DNA from: an uncultured virus (IMG/VR IMGVR_UViG_3300020204_003072)
Lineage: Duplodnaviria > Heunggongvirae > Uroviricota > Caudoviricetes
IMG/VR virus record: IMGVR_UViG_3300020204_003072
Coordinates: 1-64,000 of that record
DNA length: 64,000 nt
Strand: one strand, 5' to 3'
This document shows positions 48,808 to 57,658 of this stretch, piece by piece. The notes below the pieces were generated by a model. The model searched no databases and was not told where the DNA came from. It was given only the letters and a program-made list of their open reading frames with translations. The position numbers were made by a program, and so were the translations under genes. How positions within the stretch are numbered: position 1 is the first letter of the stretch; each line of letters starts with the position of its first letter.

Positions 48808-49593
48808 ATGGAAAGAAATTTTGAACTATTAAAACAAGTACTATCGGTACCAACCAAAACTTATCAAGAAGATTTGATGATTGATTTTATAACAGAATGG
48901 TTGGATGAAAATAAAATCCCCTATTATGTTGATAACTTCTACAACATATATGCAACAAAACAAACTGATGAAAATATTAAATACTTTCCTTGTGTGGTTG
49001 CACATACAGATACGGTACATACAATCGATTCTATCAATGTTGTTGAAGTACAACTACCAAACGCTCAAAAAGAAATTAAATTAGCCCTTAAAGCTTATAA
49101 CGATAAAGGAGAACCAATCGGTATTGGTGGTGATGATAAGTGTGGTGTTTATGCTTGTCTTGAATTACTAAAAGAATTACCAAATCTAAAAGCAGCCTTT
49201 TTTGTTGCCGAAGAAACCGGTTGTAAGGGATCATTTAATGCTGACCCCAAGTTTTTTAAAAATATTGGGTACGTAATTCAATTTGATGCACCAGAAAACA
49301 ATATGATTTCAGAATTCTTAATGAATAAACCAATGTTTAAAAGAGATTCAGATTTCTTTAATGTTGGGGGTCGTTTAATCACAGAACACTTTCCAGGCGA
49401 TACCAAATACCACAGACACCCTTATACGGACATCTTTCCGTTAAATCAAAATTTTGGACTATCTTGTTTTAATATATCAATTGGTTATTACAACTATCAC
49501 ACAAGAAATGAATATGTTGTTGTGGAAGATACCTACAACGGTATTAAGGTTGGTAAACTAATGATTGAAGAATTAGGTTACACTAAACATTAA
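48808..49593 (+). CDS. M20/M28-family Zn metallopeptidase
   Basis: AHTDTV, GGDDKCG, AEETG, QFD, YH..NE ligand motifs. Confidence 0.85.
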   Translation: MERNFELLKQVLSVPTKTYQEDLMIDFITEWLDENKIPYYVDNFYNIYATKQTDENIKYFPCVVAHTDTVHTIDSINVVEVQLPNAQKEIKLALKAYNDKGEPIGIGGDDKCGVYACLELLKELPNLKAAFFVAEETGCKGSFNADPKFFKNIGYVIQFDAPENNMISEFLMNKPMFKRDSDFFNVGGRLITEHFPGDTKYHRHPYTDIFPLNQNFGLSCFNISIGYYNYHTRNEYVVVEDTYNGIKVGKLMIEELGYTKH

Positions 49594-49609
49594 CAAAAAA
49601 GGAGGGTTT

Positions 49610-51670
49610 TTAATCCTCCTTTTTCTTTCTACCTCTTTTCTTTGGTTCTGGTTTTGTCCTGTCTTCAATTTCTATTGTTTGGTCTTCACCTTCTCCTTTA
49701 ACAAATAACATATATTCTTTTTCTTCCAGAACTTCATTTAATAATATTTTTTCTGAAATAAGGTCTTCTATTTTATCTTGAATGGCGCGTTTGATTGGTC
49801 TAGCACCATATTGTTCGTCAAAACCAACTTTTGCAATTAATTCAATTACAGATTGTTCATATGAAACTCTATATTTCATAGATGATAATCTATCAATAAG
49901 TTTGTCAATTTCTAATTTTACAATCTTATCAATATGTTCTTTTTTAAGTGAATTGAATATTACAACATCATCGATTCTATTTAAAAATTCTGGAGCAAAA
50001 AACTTACTTAATTCTTTTTTCAAAACATCCCTTTTATATTCTTCCTGGACCGCATCACTATTATTGTTTGTTTTGAATCCAACGCCACTTCCAAAGTCTT
50101 GGACTTTTTTAACACCAATGTTTGATGTCATAATAATTAAACAGTTTTTGAAGTTGATTTTTCTACCCAAACCATCTGTCATATGACCGTCATCCAACAT
50201 TTGAAGAAGTGTTGCAAAAATGTCTTTGTTTGCCTTTTCGATTTCATCAAATAAAATAACAGAGTATGGTTTGTTTTTAACTTGTTCTGTTAATTGTCCA
50301 CCTTCTTCGTGACCAACATATCCCGGAGGGGAACCAATAAGTCTTGATATGGTGTGTTTTTCTTGATATTCGGACATATCAACACGAATCAAACTATCTT
50401 CACTACCAAAAATTTCTTTTGCTAATTTTTTTGCAAGGAATGTTTTACCAACACCGGTTGACCCAAGGAATATGAATGAACCAATTGGTCTATTTGGGTC
50501 CTTAATCCCAACCCTATTTCTTCTAATGGCTTTTGATATTTTTTTAACAGCTTCATCTTGACCAATTACAGAACCATTAAGTGAATCTTCCAAATTAACA
50601 AGTGAATTTTTTTCATCAATATTAATTTTACTTACTGGGATTTTTGTCATATTTGATACGACTTCATAAATCAAGTCTTCTGGGATACCACGTTTGCTAG
50701 TTCTTAATTTTTCTTCAAATTTCTTTTTTTCTTCGTCGAGTTTTGTTAAGATACTTTTTTCACGGTCACGAAGTTCTGCCGCCATTTCGTATTTTTGTTT
50801 TTTAATAACGTCAGCTTTTTCTTGTTTTACGTCCGCAGCTTCTTGCTTCAACTTTTCAATATGATCTGGAAGTTTTATATCAATTTGCATACGGGAACCA
50901 ACCTCATCTAAAATATCAAAAGCTTTATCTGGAAATTCCCTATCTGTAATATATCTATCTGCCAATTCTACACACAACCAAAGAGCTTCATCTGTATAAT
51001 TAACTTTATGGTGTTCTTCATATTTTTCCTTACTTTGTTTTAAAATTTCAAAAGTTTCTTCTTTTGTTGAAGGATCAACGATTATTTTTTGAAATCTTCG
51101 TTCTAAAGCACCATCTTTTTCAAAATTTTTTCTATATTCATCAAGTGTTGTTGCACCAATACATTGTATTTCACCTCTTGATAATGCTGGTTTAAAAATG
51201 TTTGAGGCGTCCAATGAACCAGAACTATTACCAGCACCAACAATTGTATGAATTTCATCAATAAAAATTATAATATTTGGGCTTGATTGTAATTCTTCAA
51301 TTATAACCTTCATTCTTTCTTCAAATTGCCCACGATATTTTGTTCCGGCAACAATTGAATTAATGTCCAGTGAAACAATTCTTTTATCGGCTAAATTTTT
51401 TGGACATTCACCAGCGTGAATCATCATAGCTAAACCTTCTACAATTGCTGTTTTTCCAGCACCAGGTTCACCAATGATTATTGGATTATTTTTTTTTCTT
51501 CTGGATAATACTTGTGCTATTCTAAGTATTTCTTTTTGTCTTCCAATAACCGGATCTAATTTTCCTTGTTCTGCTAACTTAATCAAATCCTTACTGAAAT
51601 TATCTAAAACTGGGGTACCACCATCTTTCTTTTTACCCTTATCACCATCATCTACAAATTCTATTGCCAT
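49610..51670 (-). CDS. clpC: ClpC-type AAA+ ATPase lacking the N-terminal domain
   Basis: Walker A GEPGAGKT and GSTGVGKT; UVR-type M-domain (YEMAAELRD); GVGF ClpP-docking loop; begins near LDNFSKDL. Confidence 0.9.
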   Translation of the reverse strand: MAIEFVDDGDKGKKKDGGTPVLDNFSKDLIKLAEQGKLDPVIGRQKEILRIAQVLSRRKKNNPIIIGEPGAGKTAIVEGLAMMIHAGECPKNLADKRIVSLDINSIVAGTKYRGQFEERMKVIIEELQSSPNIIIFIDEIHTIVGAGNSSGSLDASNIFKPALSRGEIQCIGATTLDEYRKNFEKDGALERRFQKIIVDPSTKEETFEILKQSKEKYEEHHKVNYTDEALWLCVELADRYITDREFPDKAFDILDEVGSRMQIDIKLPDHIEKLKQEAADVKQEKADVIKKQKYEMAAELRDREKSILTKLDEEKKKFEEKLRTSKRGIPEDLIYEVVSNMTKIPVSKINIDEKNSLVNLEDSLNGSVIGQDEAVKKISKAIRRNRVGIKDPNRPIGSFIFLGSTGVGKTFLAKKLAKEIFGSEDSLIRVDMSEYQEKHTISRLIGSPPGYVGHEEGGQLTEQVKNKPYSVILFDEIEKANKDIFATLLQMLDDGHMTDGLGRKINFKNCLIIMTSNIGVKKVQDFGSGVGFKTNNNSDAVQEEYKRDVLKKELSKFFAPEFLNRIDDVVIFNSLKKEHIDKIVKLEIDKLIDRLSSMKYRVSYEQSVIELIAKVGFDEQYGARPIKRAIQDKIEDLISEKILLNEVLEEKEYMLFVKGEGEDQTIEIEDRTKPEPKKRGRKKKED

Positions 51671-51750
51671 ATTAAAAAGTTTTATTTAATTTTAATTATA
51701 AACTAACTAGTAGTCAATATTTGACATTCTGACATATGTTGTTAGAATAT

Positions 51751-51767
51751 ACTGACAAAATGTCAGT
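51751..51767. promoter_or_regulatory. Palindromic operator-like site ACTGACA-AAA-TGTCAGT
   Basis: Perfect 7-bp arms between divergent clpC and UVR genes; extra TGACA at 51722 and 51730. Confidence 0.5.
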
Positions 51768-51830
51768 TTTATCATTTTGGTATGGATTTGGTCAAATCAG
51801 AATCAAAATAAACTTATAAAAAAATAAATT

Positions 51831-52202
51831 ATGTTTGGAAGAAATTTTGACAAACTTTTTAATGAATTATTTAATTTCGAAAATCCATTTTTTAATGGAT
51901 TAAACAACTTTGAAAAAAGAACTTATAAATCTGAAGATGGTTCTATTTCATTTACTTACATTACAAATGTCAAAGGTGACCTAAATAAATCAGATGAGGT
52001 TGACCTTTTAAAACAAAGACTTGAAATTGCAGTTGAAGAACAAAATTTTGAAGAAGCTGTGGAGTTGAGAGATAAGATTAAAAATCTGGAACAAAACAAA
52101 GAAAAAATAAGTAAGCTAAATAAAGAACTGGATGAATGTATTAAAAATCAGAACTTTGAAAAAGCGATAGAACTACGAGACAAAATCAACTCCCTAAAAT
52201 AA
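51831..52202 (+). CDS. Tandem UvrB/UvrC (UVR) motif protein
   Basis: AVEEQNFEEAVELRDKI and CIKNQNFEKAIELRDKI; no CxxC zinc fingers. Confidence 0.85.
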   Translation: MFGRNFDKLFNELFNFENPFFNGLNNFEKRTYKSEDGSISFTYITNVKGDLNKSDEVDLLKQRLEIAVEEQNFEEAVELRDKIKNLEQNKEKISKLNKELDECIKNQNFEKAIELRDKINSLK

Positions 52203-52266
52203 CAAGGTCCACCCCAAAAGGGTGGATTTTTGTTTTAAGTAAAATATATTTAAAATAAAAAAAGTT

Positions 52267-52512
52267 ATGGCAATTACAAAAGAAGAAATCAAAGGAACAA
52301 AAATTATAAATGAAGTTGAATCTTCAAATATAGTTAGAACTGAATATGATACCGAAACAAAAAAAATGATTGCAGAATTTAAAAATGGTATGAAATACGA
52401 ATATGATGATGTTCCACATCAAACTTACACATCATTTAGATCTGCAAAATCACAAGGGTCTTTCTTTAATACAAACATTTCTAAAACTTTTAAATATAAG
52501 AAATTAAGTTAA
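52267..52512 (+). CDS. KTSC domain protein
   Basis: VESSNI...YD...EFKNG..YEY.DVP...A.S.GSFFN..I. Confidence 0.88.
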   Translation: MAITKEEIKGTKIINEVESSNIVRTEYDTETKKMIAEFKNGMKYEYDDVPHQTYTSFRSAKSQGSFFNTNISKTFKYKKLS

Positions 52513-52537
52513 TTCATTTTCTTAATATTTATATTTA

Positions 52538-53269
52538 ATGGATACCGAATTATTAAAAAGTTTTGAACCCCAAAAAGCATTAAATCCAAAAGTTTGGGTA
52601 GGCGATAAAAAAGAACCTAAATTAAAACCTGAAATAAGGGAAAGGTTGTTAGAAATTGCTTACGAATTTATTGACTTTTTGGATGTCGAAATTGTTGTTA
52701 CCGATATAATACTTACCGGTTCACTTTCTAATTATAATTGGTCTAAATATTCAGACTTTGACTTACATATTGTTGCGAATTTCCAACAGTATAAAGAAAA
52801 TCAAATTGAATTATACGAAAAACTTTTCACTTTGAAAAAAATGTTATTTAATCAAAAACACGATATAACAATAAAGGGGTATGAAGTTGAATTGTATGTT
52901 CAGAACGAAACAGAATCACACTTTTCAAGTGGTGTTTATTCAATATTATTTGATGAATGGGCAAATGTTCCAAAAAAAGAAGATGTTACAATAGATAAAG
53001 AACTAATTAAAGAAAAGGCAAAACAATGGATGAATATCATTGACAATCTTTTAGATACGATAGAAGATGATGACGCAACAACAGCAAAAGAAACTGTTCA
53101 AAAATATAAAGATAAATTAAAAAAATATAGAACTTGTGGGTTAGAAAAAGACGGTGAATATTCAACAGAAAACCTTGTCTTTAAAATATTAAGAAGAAAC
53201 GGATATATTGAAAAATTACACGATTCTACAACTGAATTGATAGATAAGAAATTATCTATGAACCAATAA
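52538..53269 (+). CDS. Pol-beta superfamily nucleotidyltransferase
   Basis: LTGSLSNYNWSKYSDFDLH (GS...DxD); VELYVQ. Confidence 0.8.
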   Translation: MDTELLKSFEPQKALNPKVWVGDKKEPKLKPEIRERLLEIAYEFIDFLDVEIVVTDIILTGSLSNYNWSKYSDFDLHIVANFQQYKENQIELYEKLFTLKKMLFNQKHDITIKGYEVELYVQNETESHFSSGVYSILFDEWANVPKKEDVTIDKELIKEKAKQWMNIIDNLLDTIEDDDATTAKETVQKYKDKLKKYRTCGLEKDGEYSTENLVFKILRRNGYIEKLHDSTTELIDKKLSMNQ

Positions 53270-53343
53270 TTTATTAAAAAATAAAATAATCTTAATAATC
53301 GATATATTTATTAAGAAAAATAATTAATTCAAAAAAATATACT

Positions 53344-54879
53344 ATGGGAGGATTAAGACCTATCGGAAGTGAAAAATTGGAAGGAATGGATAAAATCCGT
53401 AGAATTATGGAAATTGCCAGATATAATGAATCAATTCCACAACCAGTAAATGAAGATAAAAAAACAGAATATACTGCAGAACTTGCAGACGGAAAAACTT
53501 ATACAATTGTAAGAGAAAGATTAGGATATATAATCAAGGAAAGCTATGATGATATTAATTCTGATTACATCGAACCAATTCAAAATAGAAAGTATTTTTC
53601 TTCGTATTCACAGGCATTGAAAAAGTTAAACCTTATGGCTAAAGACTTTAATCAAATGTACGGAAATGAAGAAGGTATGTCTTTATTTACCGAGCAAAAA
53701 AAAAAGTTCAAACTAAAACTTCCTGGTAAAAAAAAAGCTGAACCAACTGGAGATGTAGGAGCATTACCTCCACCAGAACCAGTAGCAGCTTCGGCACCAA
53801 TGCCGGCAGCACCACCTATGGATAATATGGGGGGTGCGGGTATGGCGCCACCAGAAACAGGGACTGTAGAAGGTGAAGGGGCTTTACCTCCACCACCAGA
53901 TATGGGTGCAACTGGAAGTGATGAAGGACTACCTCCACCACCAGATATGGGTACGGAAGGAAGTGATGAAGGACTACCTCCACCACCAGAAGATGATATG
54001 GGTGATGAAGAAGAATTGCCTCCGCCACCAGAAGATGATATGGAAGATGAAGGTAAATCAAAGAAAGAAGGTGGAACTACATTTAAAGTAATACAAAAAC
54101 TTACCGGCAAATTAGCACAAAGAATTAGAAAATTTAATAGTGAAGATGATATGGATCCAAATGATGTTAAATACATTATTAATTCAATTTTATCAGCACT
54201 TGATGTTGATTTGTTAGATGATGACGATCTTGAAGAAATTATATCGAGATTAGAAGGTGATTTAGACGAAGAAGGTGATGAAGAAGATGAAGACTTAGAA
54301 GATGAAGAAATGAGTGACGAAGAAATACCAGAACCAACATCTGATGAAGAAGAAGAGACATTACCACCACCACCTCCTATTGGTGGTGAAACAACAGAAT
54401 ATCGTGAAATTGGTGAAATTGCAAGTTTATCTGATGCAATTAAAAACAGTGTATCAAAACAATACGCTGGTAGAATGTTTGATAAAATGAAAGAAATGCC
54501 GGTTACAGGTGAACTTGAAGAATATGGAAGACATGGTGCTAGACAACCAAGACACACATATAACCATTTTTCACACGGAACATTTGGCGAATCAAAAGTT
54601 GATAAAATTATTTCACAATATTTTACAACACAGAAAAAAGAAATTATTTCTGAAGAAAAGAAAAAAATACAAAAAATAGAAAAATACGAAAAAATCAAAG
54701 AAACAAATTACAGTAATGTTAAAAATCTTTCTGAAAATATTAAACAAGAAAGAATGGCATTAAAATATATGGAAAAAAATCCAGTTTCAGTTCTTATTGG
54801 AAAAACTAATAAGGGAAGTTTGGTATTTAAAGAAGGTGTTGTCAATACAAAAATTACAACAAACGGAATGGAAATATGA
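53344..54879 (+). CDS. Pro/acid-rich protein, possible head assembly/core component
   Basis: LPPPPDMG repeats; many (L/I)-x-E sites; upstream of head genes. Confidence 0.55.
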   Translation: MGGLRPIGSEKLEGMDKIRRIMEIARYNESIPQPVNEDKKTEYTAELADGKTYTIVRERLGYIIKESYDDINSDYIEPIQNRKYFSSYSQALKKLNLMAKDFNQMYGNEEGMSLFTEQKKKFKLKLPGKKKAEPTGDVGALPPPEPVAASAPMPAAPPMDNMGGAGMAPPETGTVEGEGALPPPPDMGATGSDEGLPPPPDMGTEGSDEGLPPPPEDDMGDEEELPPPPEDDMEDEGKSKKEGGTTFKVIQKLTGKLAQRIRKFNSEDDMDPNDVKYIINSILSALDVDLLDDDDLEEIISRLEGDLDEEGDEEDEDLEDEEMSDEEIPEPTSDEEEETLPPPPPIGGETTEYREIGEIASLSDAIKNSVSKQYAGRMFDKMKEMPVTGELEEYGRHGARQPRHTYNHFSHGTFGESKVDKIISQYFTTQKKEIISEEKKKIQKIEKYEKIKETNYSNVKNLSENIKQERMALKYMEKNPVSVLIGKTNKGSLVFKEGVVNTKITTNGMEI

Positions 54880-55283
54880 GTTACTTATTATACATAAATG
54901 GTTTGGGTCCTAATTATAGGGGTGAAAACATTTATGAATTTATTTTTGGTGATTCTTTGGAAGATGTTTGGGGTGAAAATTGGGAAGCAAGACCTGCAAA
55001 CGGTTATCCAAGTCCTCCGGATGTTGAACACGTAAAAAAAGTTGGGTCGTTAACACACAATGAAATTACATTGGAATTGGTACAAAATTCTGATGTTTTT
55101 TCTGTTCAAGATTCAATTGATGGTGTTATTGCCCTTGGTTGGGAAAAAGAAGATGAAATTGATTTTTCGTTGATTAAAAGATTGGTTTTTAAATATGGGG
55201 ACCAAGAACAGGATGTAAAAGATAAATTATACGAGAGAGACCTCGTGTTGCAATTTGAAAAAAAAGTTGTTTATGAAAACTAA
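54876..55283 (+). CDS. Hypothetical phage protein
   Basis: ORF coupled to neighbours. Confidence 0.7.
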   Translation: MSYLLYINGLGPNYRGENIYEFIFGDSLEDVWGENWEARPANGYPSPPDVEHVKKVGSLTHNEITLELVQNSDVFSVQDSIDGVIALGWEKEDEIDFSLIKRLVFKYGDQEQDVKDKLYERDLVLQFEKKVVYEN

Positions 55284-56199
55284 AAAATACATTGAAATTC
55301 TTTTGGAAAATGGTATTCATTTTACCACGGTTTCAAGAATGAAACCAAATCAAATAAGAATTCTTGCTGAAAAATTTGAAACTAAAGAAGCTATCCAAAC
55401 AACACGAAAAACCCTTGAAATCCAAAATGTTGATTCTTCAACGGTTAATCAAATGAAACAAAATAAGGAAGGTTTAAATGTTAAAGATGGTGAAGTAACC
55501 CCAAATCCAGATGGAAGTCTTACTGTTACTCGTGAAATAGGTGAAAAATTTGAATCAAAAGCACAACAAGGATTCTTTTGGGCCAAGTGTAATACAAGTA
55601 AGGGTGTTAAAAAGAAAAAATGGTGTGAAATGGCTAGAGAATTTTCAGATAGTACGTCAAAAAAACAATACAAAGATATGCCAGAAAAAAAACATCCAGA
55701 AAAAACTGTTAAAAGAAAAACAAGAAAAAATACCGATGAAAATTATGAAAAGTATTTGGAAGAACAAATATTCAATATGATTGAAAAACATATTGAACCT
55801 AGTATGACAAAAGGAGAATTGTTAAAAACAATTCAAGAAAAAGTTGATAAGTCAGAAAAGTTTATGTTGAACAACCCAAAGAAAAATACTATGTTTCAAG
55901 AAAAAGAGATGATAGAAAATACAAAAGAAAAAGAACGAACTAAAACAAAACCTGGAACTAAAACACCAACAAGAAGAAAAGGAAATCCATTCAAGGATCC
56001 GAATCCTGGTGTTGAAGAACAACCAAAAGCAAATACAAAAGAAAAAGAAAGAACTAAAGAAAGGGAAAAAACTAAAACACCGACAAGAAGAAAGGGAAAT
56101 CCATTTAAGGACCCAAATCCTAGTGTTGAAGAACAACCAAAAGCAGAAGAACAAAAAAATGATTTTATGGTAGCAATAACTTCAATTTTAAGAAACTAA
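55273..56199 (+). CDS. Basic hypothetical protein with duplicated C-terminal repeat
   Basis: NTKEKERTK...TPTRRKGNPFKDPNP.VEEQPKA x2. Confidence 0.7.
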   Translation: MKTKKYIEILLENGIHFTTVSRMKPNQIRILAEKFETKEAIQTTRKTLEIQNVDSSTVNQMKQNKEGLNVKDGEVTPNPDGSLTVTREIGEKFESKAQQGFFWAKCNTSKGVKKKKWCEMAREFSDSTSKKQYKDMPEKKHPEKTVKRKTRKNTDENYEKYLEEQIFNMIEKHIEPSMTKGELLKTIQEKVDKSEKFMLNNPKKNTMFQEKEMIENTKEKERTKTKPGTKTPTRRKGNPFKDPNPGVEEQPKANTKEKERTKEREKTKTPTRRKGNPFKDPNPSVEEQPKAEEQKNDFMVAITSILRN

Positions 56200-56202
56200 A
56201 AA

Positions 56203-57579
56203 ATGGGAAATAGAGAATTAGAAAGACTTGTAAGAAAAATAATTAAGGAAGCACCAATTGATTATGGTGATTATCCTGAAAGAATGCACCCTAGAACACA
56301 ACAAAGAATTGAGGACCCAGAAGGTATCTACGCAAAGAATAGAGCTTTTAGGGGTGGTGCTTCTGATGTTGAAAAAATTGCTGGTAAAAGATTTAAAGAA
56401 ATTGTCGACTATGTAAAAAGATATTTTGGTACAGAACAAAATATTACAAACCCACAAGTTAAAATGTCAATACAAATGGCACAGATGCAAGCAGTTAGAC
56501 AAGCTATGCAACTTGAACCAAGATATAGAGAACAACTTAGAGATTTGGCGGTTGAAATTGCGGCTAAAGAAGAAGGTTGGTTACCTTATTCTGATAATAT
56601 GGAACAAGCAATTGAAAAAGGTTTGGTAATTAAAAAAAGAAAAGATGGTGGTGTTGTTTATGAATTTGATTTTGTTAATATGTTAACATTTTTAGGGGAA
56701 CAAGCAATCGACCCAAGTATTTTTAAAATGAAACCACAAAAAGAACAAAAACTTCCATTACCTCCAAATTTTTCTTTTGATATCGACGAACTAACACCAG
56801 AAGAACAAAAACAATTGGAAATTGAAAAAAGAAATGTTATCAATGCTATTATAATGGGTAAAGGAAAACGTGGTCAATTTGCTTACCAAATGTATAAGGA
56901 TAGATTAGACGCGATTGATCCAGGACTATACGCACTTTATAATAAAATTATGGGTGCTAATGACCTTATGTATTTTACAGATGAAGATTTGATTGAAGCT
57001 CTTGGTGGTAATGCCGCCGGTGCTGCAGGTAAAAAACAAGAAAGTAATGATGACGATGAAGACGAAGATGAAGGTGGTGAAGAAGGAGATGGAAATGATA
57101 CATATTATGCTAATGGCTTAATATTTCCAATTTTACTTCACGAACTATTCAAATCATTTTCAATGATTCAGTCAAGAGCACAATGGAAAGATATGGACCC
57201 AGAAATCGCAACACAAGTTATTGGTCAAACAGATACAATGCAAAACGAACCAATGAATTTCCGTGTTGGTGGTGAGCTTGTAAGAAAATTAAGAACCTTA
57301 CTTCCAGATGAATTAACATTGGATAATGAAGGTAAAAAATATATTCCTTTCTTTGAACAATTGTTATATAGTATTCCAGCTGAAGAATTTTTAAAAAATG
57401 TAATTGCAAATGTTATTTCAGATAGTCCATCTGATAATGAAAAAGCTAAGAAAAAATTCAACGAATTATTACAACAAGCAAAAGCTAACTATAAAAAATA
57501 TAAAGAAGGTGATGACGATGATGATGACTACGATGACGATGAAGAAGATGATGATATCTTAACAAGACTAGGTTTATAA
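56203..57579 (+). CDS. Hypothetical protein with LVRKIIKE leader
   Basis: ORF; acidic tracts; FPILLHEL. Confidence 0.7.
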   Translation: MGNRELERLVRKIIKEAPIDYGDYPERMHPRTQQRIEDPEGIYAKNRAFRGGASDVEKIAGKRFKEIVDYVKRYFGTEQNITNPQVKMSIQMAQMQAVRQAMQLEPRYREQLRDLAVEIAAKEEGWLPYSDNMEQAIEKGLVIKKRKDGGVVYEFDFVNMLTFLGEQAIDPSIFKMKPQKEQKLPLPPNFSFDIDELTPEEQKQLEIEKRNVINAIIMGKGKRGQFAYQMYKDRLDAIDPGLYALYNKIMGANDLMYFTDEDLIEALGGNAAGAAGKKQESNDDDEDEDEGGEEGDGNDTYYANGLIFPILLHELFKSFSMIQSRAQWKDMDPEIATQVIGQTDTMQNEPMNFRVGGELVRKLRTLLPDELTLDNEGKKYIPFFEQLLYSIPAEEFLKNVIANVISDSPSDNEKAKKKFNELLQQAKANYKKYKEGDDDDDDYDDDEEDDDILTRLGL

Positions 57580-57636
57580 ATTAAATAATATATTGTCCTA
57601 CAAAACCCCCTTTTATGAAAATAACTGGGGGTTTTG

Positions 57637-57645
57637 ATATTTATA
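57637..57645 (+). promoter_or_regulatory. Putative late promoter (A)TATTTATA upstream of terminase
   Basis: Same motif before portal (about 59738), ORF 61579, protease (about 63027) and ~30 other genes. Confidence 0.65.
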
Positions 57646-57658
57646 TTAAAATATCTTT

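Noticed and set aside
51831..52202. McsA call for the UVR protein
   Set aside because: No CxxC zinc fingers and no mcsB or ctsR nearby.
53652..54698. 348-aa minus-strand Ser/Gly-rich ORF
   Set aside because: Antisense shadow of the Pro/Glu/Asp-rich gene 53344; most other short nested or antisense ORFs in the track were dropped for the same reason.
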